Position numbers and translations under genes: made by a program
The notes under the pieces: generated by a model
The model's input: the letters and a program-made list of their open reading frames with translations, nothing else
The model's database searches: none
Told to the model about the DNA's origin: nothing
In this document: piece after piece, positions 12,101 through 22,158 of the stretch
Position numbering within the stretch: the stretch's first letter is position 1
How the letters are laid out: every line of letters starts with the position of its first letter
Assembly: GCF_964188315.1 (NCBI RefSeq)
Contig: NC_135656.1
Coordinates: 69,564,001 to 69,628,000, forward strand
DNA from: Podarcis muralis
Lineage: Eukaryota
Direction of reading: 5' to 3'
Length of the DNA: 64,000 nt

Positions 12101-15100
12101 GTTTTGCCCCACATCATTCTCCGACAGATAGAACTGCAGAGAAACAGCAATGCTAAGAGGGAGGATGGTGGGGGAGGATCGCATTGTGGAGCTGAGTGGA
12201 TTTCACCAGTGCTTTTTTTCTGGAGGGACGCAGGGATATGCATACCCCTAAACATTTTGTGAATCTTTGGACTTTTGTCCACTTACTGTATTTATTTTCC
12301 CCGATTTGAACAATAAAACGGTTATTTTCTTGAGTCAAAATGAGAGTACCCCTAAATATATTTTTTAAGAAAAAAAGCACTGGATTTTACTCTTTTACCC
12401 ACTGCTCTACCACCAAATTCAGGACCCAGCTACATAGGATATTAGCAATGCCATTAGCAATCATGTTTATTTAACATGAATATTTATTCATGTTATTTTA
12501 AAAAAATTAAAAATAGTTTTAAAATATTCAATCCTGAGCACAGGTGGGAGATTGTTTCAAAAATGGCAGCATGCAGGGAAGGCAGGTTTAAGCACACTTG
12601 TGGGGGGGGGAGTCACTCTTTAGTACCAATGGGAGCTTTTCCCCCTAATGGTAATTGACACAAGCAGGGAGGGGGGTTTCAGAGAGATTATGGCTGGAGA
12701 GAAGGCTTAAACCTCCCATCTCCATATTCTGTGATCTATGAAAAAAATGCCCCTCCCCACACATTGTGTGTTGTTGTTGTTTTAAAAAAACGCCACCACA
12801 AATCACATTATCAATGTCACACGCAGTTAGGCCCTCAGTACTACGTTGGCTTAGAGCAGACTCAGAATTTGGCTTCCAGCTCCATTCACAGACTCCATCC
12901 ATCATCAGATATATGCTTTAAAAAGGGAGTGTGCCTATTTCTTCATCAGCATAGGGCGGGTTGCAATTCATTATGTGATTGCACCAGAAAACAGGGTGCA
13001 GAAAAGAGCATTGTGAGAATATCAGCTTTTATTGACGATTTTGTTATTTAAAAAAAACCAAGCTTCTTGTCCTAATTGTTGCAAGCATAGGCTTAAAACT
13101 GTGAGAGCAATGCTTAGTGAAATCTCAGGAGTCCCGAGAGAAACTTGTCAGGGATTCCAGTGGCCAAGGGGCAGGACTTCAGCACCTTGCATTGCCGCTA
13201 GCTTTTCCCATATCTTCAATAAATTATGCAAAAATGTGCCTATTTATTCAGATTATTAATTCCAGTATGTCCGGGCTCAATATTTCAATACTTTTAGGTT
13301 AGGATAGGTATGTTGTTAAACCAACATTGCAAACATACTACTCCAGTCTTTGAAACCAAATATACTGAAGGAGACGTTGAGAACATTGAGGAAGGGCTGT
13401 AGCTCATTGGTAGGGCATCTGCCTTGCATGCAGAAGGTCCCAGGTTCAAACCCCGGAGTCTCCAGGTAGTACTGGGAAAGACTTCAGTACAGAAACCCTG
13501 AAGAGCAGCTGCCAGTCAGTGCGGCCAATAATAAACTAGATGGGCCAATGGTCTGAGTCAGTATAAGGCAGCTTGCTGTGTTTCTTGTGAGAACCAGGGT
13601 ACCAGAAGGTGGAGTTTTAAAATTAATTTCAAAACAAGCTGTTGTGAAATTCATAGCCTAATGTAGCAGCGTTTCCAGTTCTGACTGCTTTTAATAATAG
13701 CAGCAACTGACTCACCAGACTTCCCAAATTATGCAACCTTGTTTGAATCTCATGACTAGATTATGCTGGAAGCCATGAAACTACCAATAATTGTTTTTTT
13801 GTGGGGGGCATCTAATTGTAGTTATTATTACAGTGGGCTATAGACTGGGATCAGTCAAGAGTTCAGGTGACTTATGATTTAATATAGAATGTTGGGACAT
13901 AAAGGGCAAATGAAGCAAAATTTGCTGTATAAGTGATAGATTCTAGCCTTTGTCACGGCAGCATATTGATTAATTTATTTGGACTAATAGTATGCTCTGC
14001 CTAGAGTTCTCACAGGGTTCTGGGTTTCAGAATAAAATTATATGAAAACAATATAGGATTGAAGAATACATGTGAATAGCTTGGCACAAAATCACTAGAG
14101 TCAACAACAAGGTCACCACAGATACCCAGTGTGAGCTCTGGAAGGACTTGTTAGCAAACACGTCATACACAAGAACTTATCAAATAATAGAAAATGTATG
14201 CAGTCTATATTTTCATACCTTGACTATTACTCTCTCTCTCTCTCTACATATATATATATAACCTTGGTATAGAATCCTGGGCTCCTTTTACTAGGTCCTA
14301 ATTTGGAAATTACGGTTGCAATCCTATACACTTACGTAGGAAGATGGGGAGCTTGCTTCTGACTTGGCATGTATAGGATGTTGCCTCAGAGAGGCACTGC
14401 TGCAAATATATATTAAGGAAGTGGGGGGGATGGCCCAGAGGAATGCAACAATGATAGAAAAAATGATAGAAAAAAAGCCATAGGGTATGTTAACAGTGCC
14501 AGCAAGGGAAGAGGATTTTGTGCCACATTTCCTTGTTTGCTAGGCAAAGCCTCTCACATGTTCAATCCTACACATGTAAACTCAGAACACCATTGAGCAG
14601 ATATAGGATTTCACCCTGGGCTGCATACCTGTGAAGAAAGGTCACTCCACTGAGTCTCACTCTGGTCATGGACAGTGACAGATTTCACTCCTGCAAGGAT
14701 GATGTTCTTGGCAATCTCCACCCCCAGGCCCTTCATTCCAGAGACCAGCACAGCTGCTCCCACTATCTTCTGCATGGCCTCATAGCCCAGAACATAGCTA
14801 GGGGGGGAAGCACAGCTCTGTGTTTGAAATATGGTGAGTTATGAAGTCCTGGACAGTAGAATTCCCTCACCAGCTTCCCTTAAACCCCACCTCTACTTTC
14901 CCCTTGCCAGCCACTTGTACCTGCCCCCACCTCAGCTATGGTAGTCACTAACATATTACCCCCAAAGAGGAAATGGGTCACAAACAAGAGGACACAGATT
15001 TGCATGAAATGTACACATGCTAATTTATATGTGCAGATTCAATTTTAGAAATAATTGGGGGGGGGGTGTACGATGGGAGTAGAAACAGAATCTTGCTGCT

Positions 15101-17328
15101 CCAGCCCCAGATTCTTTAAAAGGCATCTTCCAGCTGCCCTGATCACCAATAAACAGTGGAATACTAGAAGGGGGCATGTTCTGGAAAACACTCTTAAAAC
15201 CATAAACACACCTATGGTTCAGAGCCCCAGTACAGCCTTCCCATATGATTGTGGGAACATCCAGTGGCGTAGCGTGGGGGGTGCAGGGGGGGCCGGCCGC
15301 ACCGGGCGCAACTTCTGGGGGGGCACGCTCGCTGCCTCCGGAGTCGCCGAAGAGCCGCCGCTGCCTGCCATGCCGCCCTGGCTGCTTCAGCCGCGTCCGA
15401 CAGCTGACTCGAGGCTCCTTCCCGCCGGGTCTCCTGACGGGGCGCTGTGGGCAGAGGCTCCGGCACCAAGTACCACGCCGCCCAGGCTCGGGTCGCTGTC
15501 TGGACGCGCGCAGCCCGCCAAACGCGCCACCGGCGGCGAATGAAGCGCCCAGCCGGAGCCACCTGCGCTCTAGTGCCTGCGCGCCAAGACCGCCATCCGC
15601 CCTGACGTGGCCCGCCCACCCGCGCCGGAGGCCGGCCGACGCACTGGCCCCAGAGCCGCCCCCTCCCCGCGCCAGAAAGAAGCCCCCTCCCCGTACCAGA
15701 AAGAAGCTGCGTCGGGGCTAGCCGGGCCGGGGAGGGAGACCAAGAAGGCTGCGCCGCGACGCCCAAAGACGCGCGTCTTGGCGCAAAGGGGCCCGCGGCA
15801 CCCAGATGCGGAAGGGACCCTCTCCCCCTGACCTGCCACTGAACTGCAATTCCCAGCTCCCTTGGCAAATCCCAGTCCCCAATCCCCAAGATGCTTTATT
15901 TGAGGCAGGGGTCCTTTAATTGCAAAAACAACACCACGGAGGGCAGTAGTCACCACGAAGTTTGCCCCAGAGTAGAGCCGTCAGTATTAATGACCATGGT
16001 TAGGGGTTAGGGGGCGCAAATTACTTGCCTTGCCCCGGGTTAGGGGGCGCAAATTACTTGCCTTGCCCCGGGTGCTGACAACCCACGCTATGCTGCTGGG
16101 AACATCCAAGAACTGCTGGAGGCATTACAGGAGTAAGGGCACATACATGCATATGTGGTGGCAATGTCCAACAGTGGTACATTTTTGGTCTGCAGCAATG
16201 CAAGAAATGTCAATCATTTTGAATGAGCTGGTGGATTTCTCATTGTTCCTTTTGAACATGTTTGAAAATTACAATTTACACATGCATCCAGAGATTTGTT
16301 ACTGTTCCCGGGTATTGCAGTGCAGTTAGTCATTGTACAAAGCTGGAAGACAGTGGAGGGTTTGGACCTGGACTTATGGTATTGGAATGTATGGAATACA
16401 GCAGTGGCTGAATGACTAACATATCACCACCAGTGGGTATTAAGAAGTAAGGAAGCATACATTTATTATTATTATTATTATTTTGTCATTTGACACTGCT
16501 TGATTGAATCCTTTCACAGTTTGAAACAAAGCTATCCTCCCTCAGAATTTAACTAGACCAAGGTGACTTGCGTGCTTGCTTGGTCTGCTAGCCAGGTACT
16601 AACTGATGATAGGCAACTTCAGGTCTTTACTATTAGCCTGGATGGCTCTTCAAACAGCAACACAATCAACTAGAGGACTGTTCTCTGCCAAGTAGGATAT
16701 GTGGCCCCCATCACACATACCTTAGTTCAGCTTAGTCTGCCATATTTCCCCAACAAAATACATTCATATCACTGCTCACTCTGTAACATCTTGCCCCAGT
16801 CATAGCACTGTGATCCTTTTCAGCCACCCAGGCCTCCTCCCGACAATCTGTTTATTGAGCATGCATCCCGATCTCCATGCACAAGGATGGCATGCAGGTT
16901 ATACAATGTCTGCTCTTTGCTTATAATTAGTTCTGATTTTTTCTGGGGAGGTTATATGTGAATGAGCATTCATCTTGATTTGGTTGTGGTAGTGACTGTG
17001 GTGTATTTTGCTCCCTCCCATCAGTCAATCATTATTCCACACTTTTTAGTGTATTTCCTCATCACGTTCCTAACTGCAAAAAGTCTGATTGTTGTTACAG
17101 TGGATTTCTTGGGCCTGGGTATTTTAATCCACTTTAATTGGACAAACCTAAGTTCCCAGTATGCTGTGGAATCCCTTCTCAAAAAAGACAGTAGAGGTGT
17201 GGAAGTGATCCTGGTCGATATCCCTTTTCAGCTCTGCTAGAATGCTTTTATGTAATGTGTCGCAAGACTTACAATTGGCGAGAGTACAGGTCCTCGTCGA
17301 TCTCAGGAAGGCTCTTTGAGGCACTCAT
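590..17328 (-). CDS. UBA7: Ubiquitin-like modifier-activating enzyme 7 (UBA7/UBE1L, UBA1-family E1); N-terminal 434 codons, 3'-partial
   Basis: Coding exons in transcript order: 17273-17328, 14629-14797, 11999-12133, 11019-11125, 9725-9815, 8987-9131, 8530-8627, 7573-7719, 7233-7394, 1679-1789, 590-670. Phases join in frame (1302 nt). Peptides: [113 protein letters not shown]. The short N-terminus and the AEP..AAI.HI.Q segment favour UBA7 over UBA1, as does the neighbourhood of human 3p21 genes. Confidence 0.9.
3205..3325. repeat. Short hairpin MITE family (CCAGATGTT...AACATCTGG core)
   Basis: Inverted core repeats; related copies near 29742-29852, 38265-38402, 44560-44700 and 53020-53100. 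Confidence 0.6.
3760..4060 (-). mobile_element. Decayed CR1 ORF2 fragment (antisense)
   Basis: AT-rich stretch with typical antisense CR1 RT words (GAGGTGGCCAGAAACT..ACATGGCATTCCAAG, CCCAAAATCTCTTTCC). Confidence 0.5.
4341..4741 (-). mobile_element. Probable solo LTR with a nested SINE
   Basis: TG...CA termini with a 5-bp direct repeat AATGG (4336-4340, 4742-4746). On the minus strand: CCAAT (4489-4493), TATAA (near 4433-4437), AGTAAA (4389-4394), in LTR order. Confidence 0.5.
4561..4690 (-). mobile_element. tRNA-Lys-derived SINE with a CR1-like tail
   Basis: The minus strand GCTAGCTCAGTTGGTAGGGCATGAGACTGTTCATCTCAGGGTTGTGGGTTCG resembles tRNA-Lys and is followed by a CR1-type 3' end. Too diverged to be a tRNA gene. 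Confidence 0.75.
6162..6190. repeat. (CA)n microsatellite
   Basis: Seen directly. Confidence 0.95.
6893..7110 (-). repeat. (ATT)n microsatellite joined to a MIR/L2-like core SINE remnant
   Basis: About 15 ATT units followed by TTTATATCCCACCTTTCCTCCAAGGAGCTCA...CACAACAACCCCGTGAGGTAG...GGATTCGAACCC. Confidence 0.65.
9146..9179. repeat. (ATT)n microsatellite next to a UBA7 acceptor
   Basis: Seen directly. Confidence 0.95.
10591..10738. mobile_element. Degenerate Tigger/pogo-like MITE
   Basis: TA-flanked with imperfect TIRs (CAGGTGATTATCATTT / AAAATGGTCACCACCGG). Shares TTCC(A/G)GGCC and GCCTAAAATGG with the element at 30227. Confidence 0.55.
12207..12382. mobile_element. hAT MITE
   Basis: TIRs CAGTGCTTTTTTT / AAAAAAAGCACTG; TSD GATTTCAC / GATTTTAC (7 of 8 identical). 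Confidence 0.85.
13393..13584 (+). mobile_element. tRNA-derived squamate SINE (Squam3-like)
   Basis: tRNA-like head GGGCTGTAGCTCATTGGTAGGGCAT...GGTTCAAACCCC and tail GAAACCCTGAAGAG...TATAAGGCAGCTT. Decayed relatives near 8155-8320 (minus), 33808-33966 (plus) and 57010-57145 (minus). Confidence 0.75.
14313..14386. repeat. Short palindromic repeat family (GCAATCCTAT...ATAGGATTG)
   Basis: Related copies near 3603-3695, 14555-14620 and 39838-39930. Confidence 0.55.
15190..16460 (+). mobile_element. Decayed L1/Tx1-like ORF2 C-terminal remnant, split by the hAT element
   Basis: Removing the hAT and one TSD copy rejoins ...[29 protein letters not shown], resembling the C-terminal Cys/His knuckle of L1-clade ORF2. 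Confidence 0.65.
15262..16098. mobile_element. Non-autonomous hAT-type element carrying a CpG-island-like cargo (Pack-TIR candidate)
   Basis: Starts CAGTGGCGTAGC and ends with a degenerate TIR (GCTATGCTGCTG). Perfect 8-bp TSD GGAACATC at 15254-15261 and 16099-16106. Confidence 0.85.
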
Positions 17329-18743
17329 TCTGCTCCTGCCCATCAGAAAGAGAAAGCTGAGTAAATTCCTTTCTGCTTCCACAGCCAGAAGCATCGTGCC
17401 TCTGAATACCAGTTGTTGGGAATTGCAAGACGAGCCATTGGCTCATCTATTCCAGCATCCTGTTCTCAAACTAGCCGAACAGATTTTTGTGGGTAGCCTG
17501 CAAGCAGGACCCAAACACAACAATACTCTCCCACCTGCAATTCCCAACCAATGGCACTCAGAGGCATACAGTGGAACTAAAACGTTGCCTTCATGTGTGT
17601 GAGTGGGTGTACAGTATGTGTGTGCAATGGACAGTGCAATGTTATGCATGTCTACTCAAAAGGAATAATATCAAGGTAAATGGGACTGATCTTTTATGCT
17701 GCGAACTGCCTTGACATCTTCGGATGAAGGGAGGTATACAAATTTAATAAAGAAAATAAAGAAATAACCACAGCAGCCTGAACATAGCCGTAAAATTGAT
17801 GTGTGAAATCCACCTTTCTGTCTGCCGCTGCCACATCTTAGCTTAGCCCAAACCTGACCAGGTAACAGAAAGTTGGCCCCAAGAAACCAAACAGAGAAGG
17901 GAGGCATCCTAGTGTGTAAGTGCAGCACCAAGCAATGCAAAGCATGAGAAAAGATGCTTTTTCTGGGTTCTTCCAGATCTGCAATCCCCCAGTGTCCACA
18001 AGAGGCACTGCAGCAGAACACCACAGAATTCATATTTCTTTTTCACCTTAAAATAAATGCTCATTAACTTGATTCTTAGCAGCAGCCATGGGCATAGCCA
18101 AAATCCTGGCTACGCCCATGGTAGCCACTAGATTGTCTATAGCTCAAAAGTGGGAGAATCTTCATGGCTTATCCCTTCAACCATGGTATGAAAACATATG
18201 GAATACAGTACTGTAATCACCAAGAAGATAACTCATAAACTTTGCCTTATGAAAGATGAAGACCCTGTGGAACATTTCTATGCTACCTGGTGGATCATCA
18301 TTTCTTATGTTTCAGATAACAACCTACTCCTTTCCCATACCATGGAGAGAAATATGGTCTTCCTGATTAAATACAGAAATGCAATTATACTTACCTGCGT
18401 AACATAGACATCTCAGTACTGGCTTTCCACATTGACATGTGTCATTGTTTTCTTTTCATTGAATCACAGAACTGTAGAGTTGGAAGGGGTCTCAAGGGTC
18501 ATCTAGTCCAACCCCCTGTGATGCAGGAATTTCAACAGCTTACCTTTTGTTCCACGTTGTGTTATTGCTTGTAAGGCAGCACCACCCCGAAAGAAAATGA
18601 ATGTTCGTTTCCAAGGGGAAATCAAAGCCTCGCCTGAACTTGGGGCTCTAACGCAAAGACACAAGCGCCTCAAGGGTGACGACGACTTACTGAGGATCCT
18701 CTCCGACCCATCAAAGTCTGGCTTCTCCCTCCCTAACGGAGAC

Positions 18744-18766
18744 AAACGAAAGTGAAAGTTAGAAAC
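18744..18766 (+). promoter_or_regulatory. ISRE/IRF element at the UBA7 5' end
   Basis: AAACGAAAGTGAAAGT(TAGAAAC) is a consensus IRF-E/ISRE. It lies just upstream of minus-strand donors (TCA|gtaagt at 18690, AAG|gtaagc at 18543) that would end a non-coding UBA7 exon 1. Confidence 0.7.
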
Positions 18767-19155
18767 AAGGTCTTTTCCCGGCAGCCAGGGGATGGCGCAG
18801 CGGTGGCTCAGTTTCTTTGCAGGAACTTTGAGCAAGAATTGAAGGCAATACTGTATTTAGAATCATCATTAGCCCACGTTCATTATTGTTTTATTTCCTT
18901 CCTAGTCCTACGGAGAGAGTCAAAACCAGACGCAGCCGAGGTCTGGCTGTGGGAGGGTCTCCCGGTAGCGGCTTTGTACTTTGTACAGTTTAATGAAACT
19001 GGTTGTCCCGATCTGCTTGATTTCCAGTCACTGGGGCAGCGGGAGGCTGACCTCCTGGCTCATGAAGCGGGCGCGCTCCCACCATATGTAGGTCGACATA
19101 GTTCAGTGCTGCTCTCTACACTAACTGGCAGCAGACCTCCAAAAACAGCGACGAA

Positions 19156-19351
19156 CATAGGAGCCAACTTCTGGGGGCCGCGGGGGCTTCGGCCCCTACA
19201 ATAAAATATTTGAGGGGGCCGCGCCCCACCAAAATTGATGGGCATTCCAATGCAAAGAGTGTGTGCGTGTTGCGTCATGTGATCCATTATGAGGGGCGGG
19301 GCGGGGTTTATCTTGGGCCCCCACAATATTTTGTTCAAGTTGTCACCCCTG
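19156..19351. mobile_element. hAT MITE in the UBA7-TCTA intergenic promoter
   Basis: Ends CATAGGAGCCAACT / AGTTGTCACCCCTG; TSD GCGACGAA / GCTACGAA (7 of 8 identical). Confidence 0.75.
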
Positions 19352-19599
19352 GCTACGAAAAATAGCGAAGCCATTTCAGGGAAAGTTTCAAAAGGTTCTC
19401 ACAGAAGGGCGGGGGCGTTGCTTCACGGTAGTGTGGTGCTTTCTTTCGAGCAGTGTTTCCTAAGATTATACAGCACCTGCCTTCCCTCGTCGCGCCAGCT
19501 AGCTAGCTCACGCCGGGCCTGGAAGGTGATGCCTTGCAAATGCCGCAAGCAAGCAAGCAAAAGTCAATAACAATATATCGGGAAAGTTGTGCAACTCAG

Positions 19600-20420
19600 C
19601 CCTGCGCCCGTTTCACCTGAACCTCTTTGAAAGCGGGGGGAGGGGGGAGAATGAAACTACTCGCGGGCAAAATAGGACAGGATCGGGTTATAAGGGTGAG
19701 ATCCTAACCAGATCCGCACCAGGAAGAAAGTCCCATTGAGCATAACAGGGACTTGCACCCGAGTAAACGCGCCCTGTGGAAAAAGCGGTGCACTCGAGGT
19801 GGGAGGGGGAGAGAACTGGAGGCGGGAAGAGAGCCGCGCGGGGCGGGGCCTGGATCTTTCCCTGGGGCGCACGCGCGGCGCCGCTGACAGTTTCCCCGGG
19901 GCTTGTGGCGCAGCGCCTCTCCCTCTCCCGCCGCCTTTGCGAGTGGGATGGCGGCGGCCACGGCGGAGGAGGCGGTGGCTGCTGCTGCTGCGGCGGCTGC
20001 TGCTGCTTCTGGGCCGGCGGAGTGGGAGGTGCCGACGAAGGCGCTGCGGGCTTTCACTTGGCTCTGGCAGGAGTTCATGTCGGACTGGGAGGCCCAGGAC
20101 TTGCGCGCCGCCCTCTTCCAGCTGCTCCTGCTGTGGCTGCTGGTGAGCTTGCTCGGCATCCAGGTGGCCTGGCGGGTCTACGGCAACACCGTCACGGGCC
20201 TCTACTACCGGCAAGGTAGGGATCCCTTCCGAGGCGGGCGCTGCAGCAGCTGTCGCCGCCGCCGCCTTCTTTGTTTACCTCGCGTGACCCACCCAGCGCT
20301 TCCTCTGGCTTCGGCGTAATCCCCACCCCGGGGTAGCTGCCTCTGGGTTGCTGCTCCGCTTTCGCTTCCTACCCCGTGGCTACGCCTCGCGCTTCTTCTC
20401 CTGGCTCTCTTGGGTCCCTC
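19600..20420 (+). promoter_or_regulatory. TCTA CpG-island promoter and first exon, divergent from UBA7
   Basis: CpG-dense region with a GC box (GGGGCGGGGC near 19840) ahead of the TCTA ATG. Confidence 0.7.
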
Positions 20421-22158
20421 GAAGCCTCGACCTTGCAGGTTGCTAAGGGTCAGTGCCCGAGTCCCCAAACCAAATGCAACCCTTATGGATGAACAGTGGC
20501 TGCCCCGGTTGTGATGCAGGCGCATATTTGCTGAGCCGTGGCAACTGGACTTGGAGGCAGACCACTTTTAAGGCTAAAAAAAGAAAAGAAAGGATGGGCT
20601 TTGGAGATGGCTGCCAAGCTCTGTTGCAACAGCCACGGTAGAGGCCCCATCTGGATTAATCTCTTCGAAGTGGTCCTTTCTAAAACTAGTTGCTGGCCAA
20701 TTCTGTTACCGTCCAAGTCTGTCAGATGGTCCTTTTTGTCCTGTCATGTTGGGCCACAACAGCAGCCGTGATGGGCACTGTTCCTAGTTCCACATTGGAT
20801 ACCAATTCTACCTATCCTGCTGCTGACTGACTCCAGAATTGTACAGTAATTGGATACCATCCAGGTCCTAAACTGACCCTGGTGAGATAGTAGATAGAGA
20901 GCAAGTTTTGAAAGGTACTTTGCTATGTGCATGGCACCCAGATGCAATTGCCTTCCTTTTGTAATACATGACTGAGACTGCTGGGTGCTTGAATAAGAGT
21001 ATTTCTTCTGTCCTTCTCCTCAACTGCTGGGATGCATAATCATGACACAAAGAGCTGTTTAACCATTTTTCTTGCGTGAAATAATGGTGTGTGATTTGTA
21101 TTCTGCTGTGATTTGTCTTTGGAACCTGCAGTATAAAGTGGCTCCCAAACAAGTAACAGTAGCTATATTGCACCCTAATTTTTAGGCATATGTCTTGAGC
21201 AAGAGGTAGAAAACTTACTACACCGTATTTGCAACATATGTTTGCAATATTTGCAATATGTTGCAAATATTGTGTAGTATGTTTTCCACCTCTTTCAACA
21301 TCTGTTTTGCTCCTCGCACCCAAGTTAAGAGTCATGTGTCGAAGACAAATGTCACAGAAGCTTATGACTGCAATCCACTAACTGGTTTAATCAGTGCCTG
21401 GATTTAAGCCAATTTAGTTCTACTGCCTTCAATGGGACATTCACCTTAAATCTATTTGCTTTAATTTAATAGGGTTTGTGTGAACTGGACTAAAAAAAAA
21501 TCATATTAAAAATGACCTTTACTATCCAACCTTTCTCGTGTCAAAAACTGAGATCACATTAATTTGGGAAGGGTTTTGGAATAACTGACTGGCATTAATT
21601 TTTATTTTCATCCGTTACATACTTTTCTTGGTAATCTTTTTGGTCAAAACTTTTCAAACTAATGATCAGTTAATTGTCAGGATTAAACTATATATCCTCT
21701 CATGTGTCTAGGAATATAGGAAGGGGTCTTATAGCAGGCCACCCCATTGCTTCACCTTAGTATTGTTTACATCAGCAGCATTTCCTTTGATTTCGAATTG
21801 TGTTCGCAAAGGAAGCGGGATTTGCAGCCGCCACTGATCACCAGCTGATCTACTTGGAGTCAAAGGACTGCCAGGTTGAGAAGTCTGCCTGACTAACAAC
21901 TTTCTCTTCTCCTTCCCAGGTCCAGGAGGGCAGAATGGAGGGACACCAGATGGATCCTCACACTTCTCAATGTGGTGAGTTGATTTATCCATTGCCTTCC
22001 AGCCCCTCCAGATGATGGAATCGGTGCTCATGGGGATCTGATGCTGGAGGAATACAGGATGTGTAATCCCTGTTAATCATGATTTAAAGTTTCGGTCTGT
22101 TTTGTTTTCATTTAGGGAGAGTTCAAGTAATGAGAGTATGAAAACGCATCGGGAGTGA
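19948..22158 (+). CDS. TCTA: T-cell leukemia translocation-altered gene protein homolog (121 aa)
   Basis: Exons 19948-20215, 21920-21974, 22116-22158 with GT-AG introns, in frame. Peptide ...[80 protein letters not shown] matches the recalled human TCTA sequence ([29 protein letters not shown]). Confidence 0.95.

Noticed and set aside
15055-15956. Several 128-225 aa ORFs on both strands
   Set aside because: They arise from the stop-poor, GC-rich hAT cargo, cross the element boundary and show no recognisable domain.
17344-17356. GAAAGAGAAAG ISRE-like motif
   Set aside because: Explained as the polypyrimidine tract of the UBA7 ATG-exon acceptor on the other strand.
18752-19204. 150-aa plus-strand ORF in the UBA7 upstream region
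   Set aside because: GTG start, no recognisable homology, and it runs into a MITE.
19657-20525. Overlapping long ORFs around TCTA exon 1
   Set aside because: CpG-island artefacts; only the frame from ATG 19948 matches TCTA.
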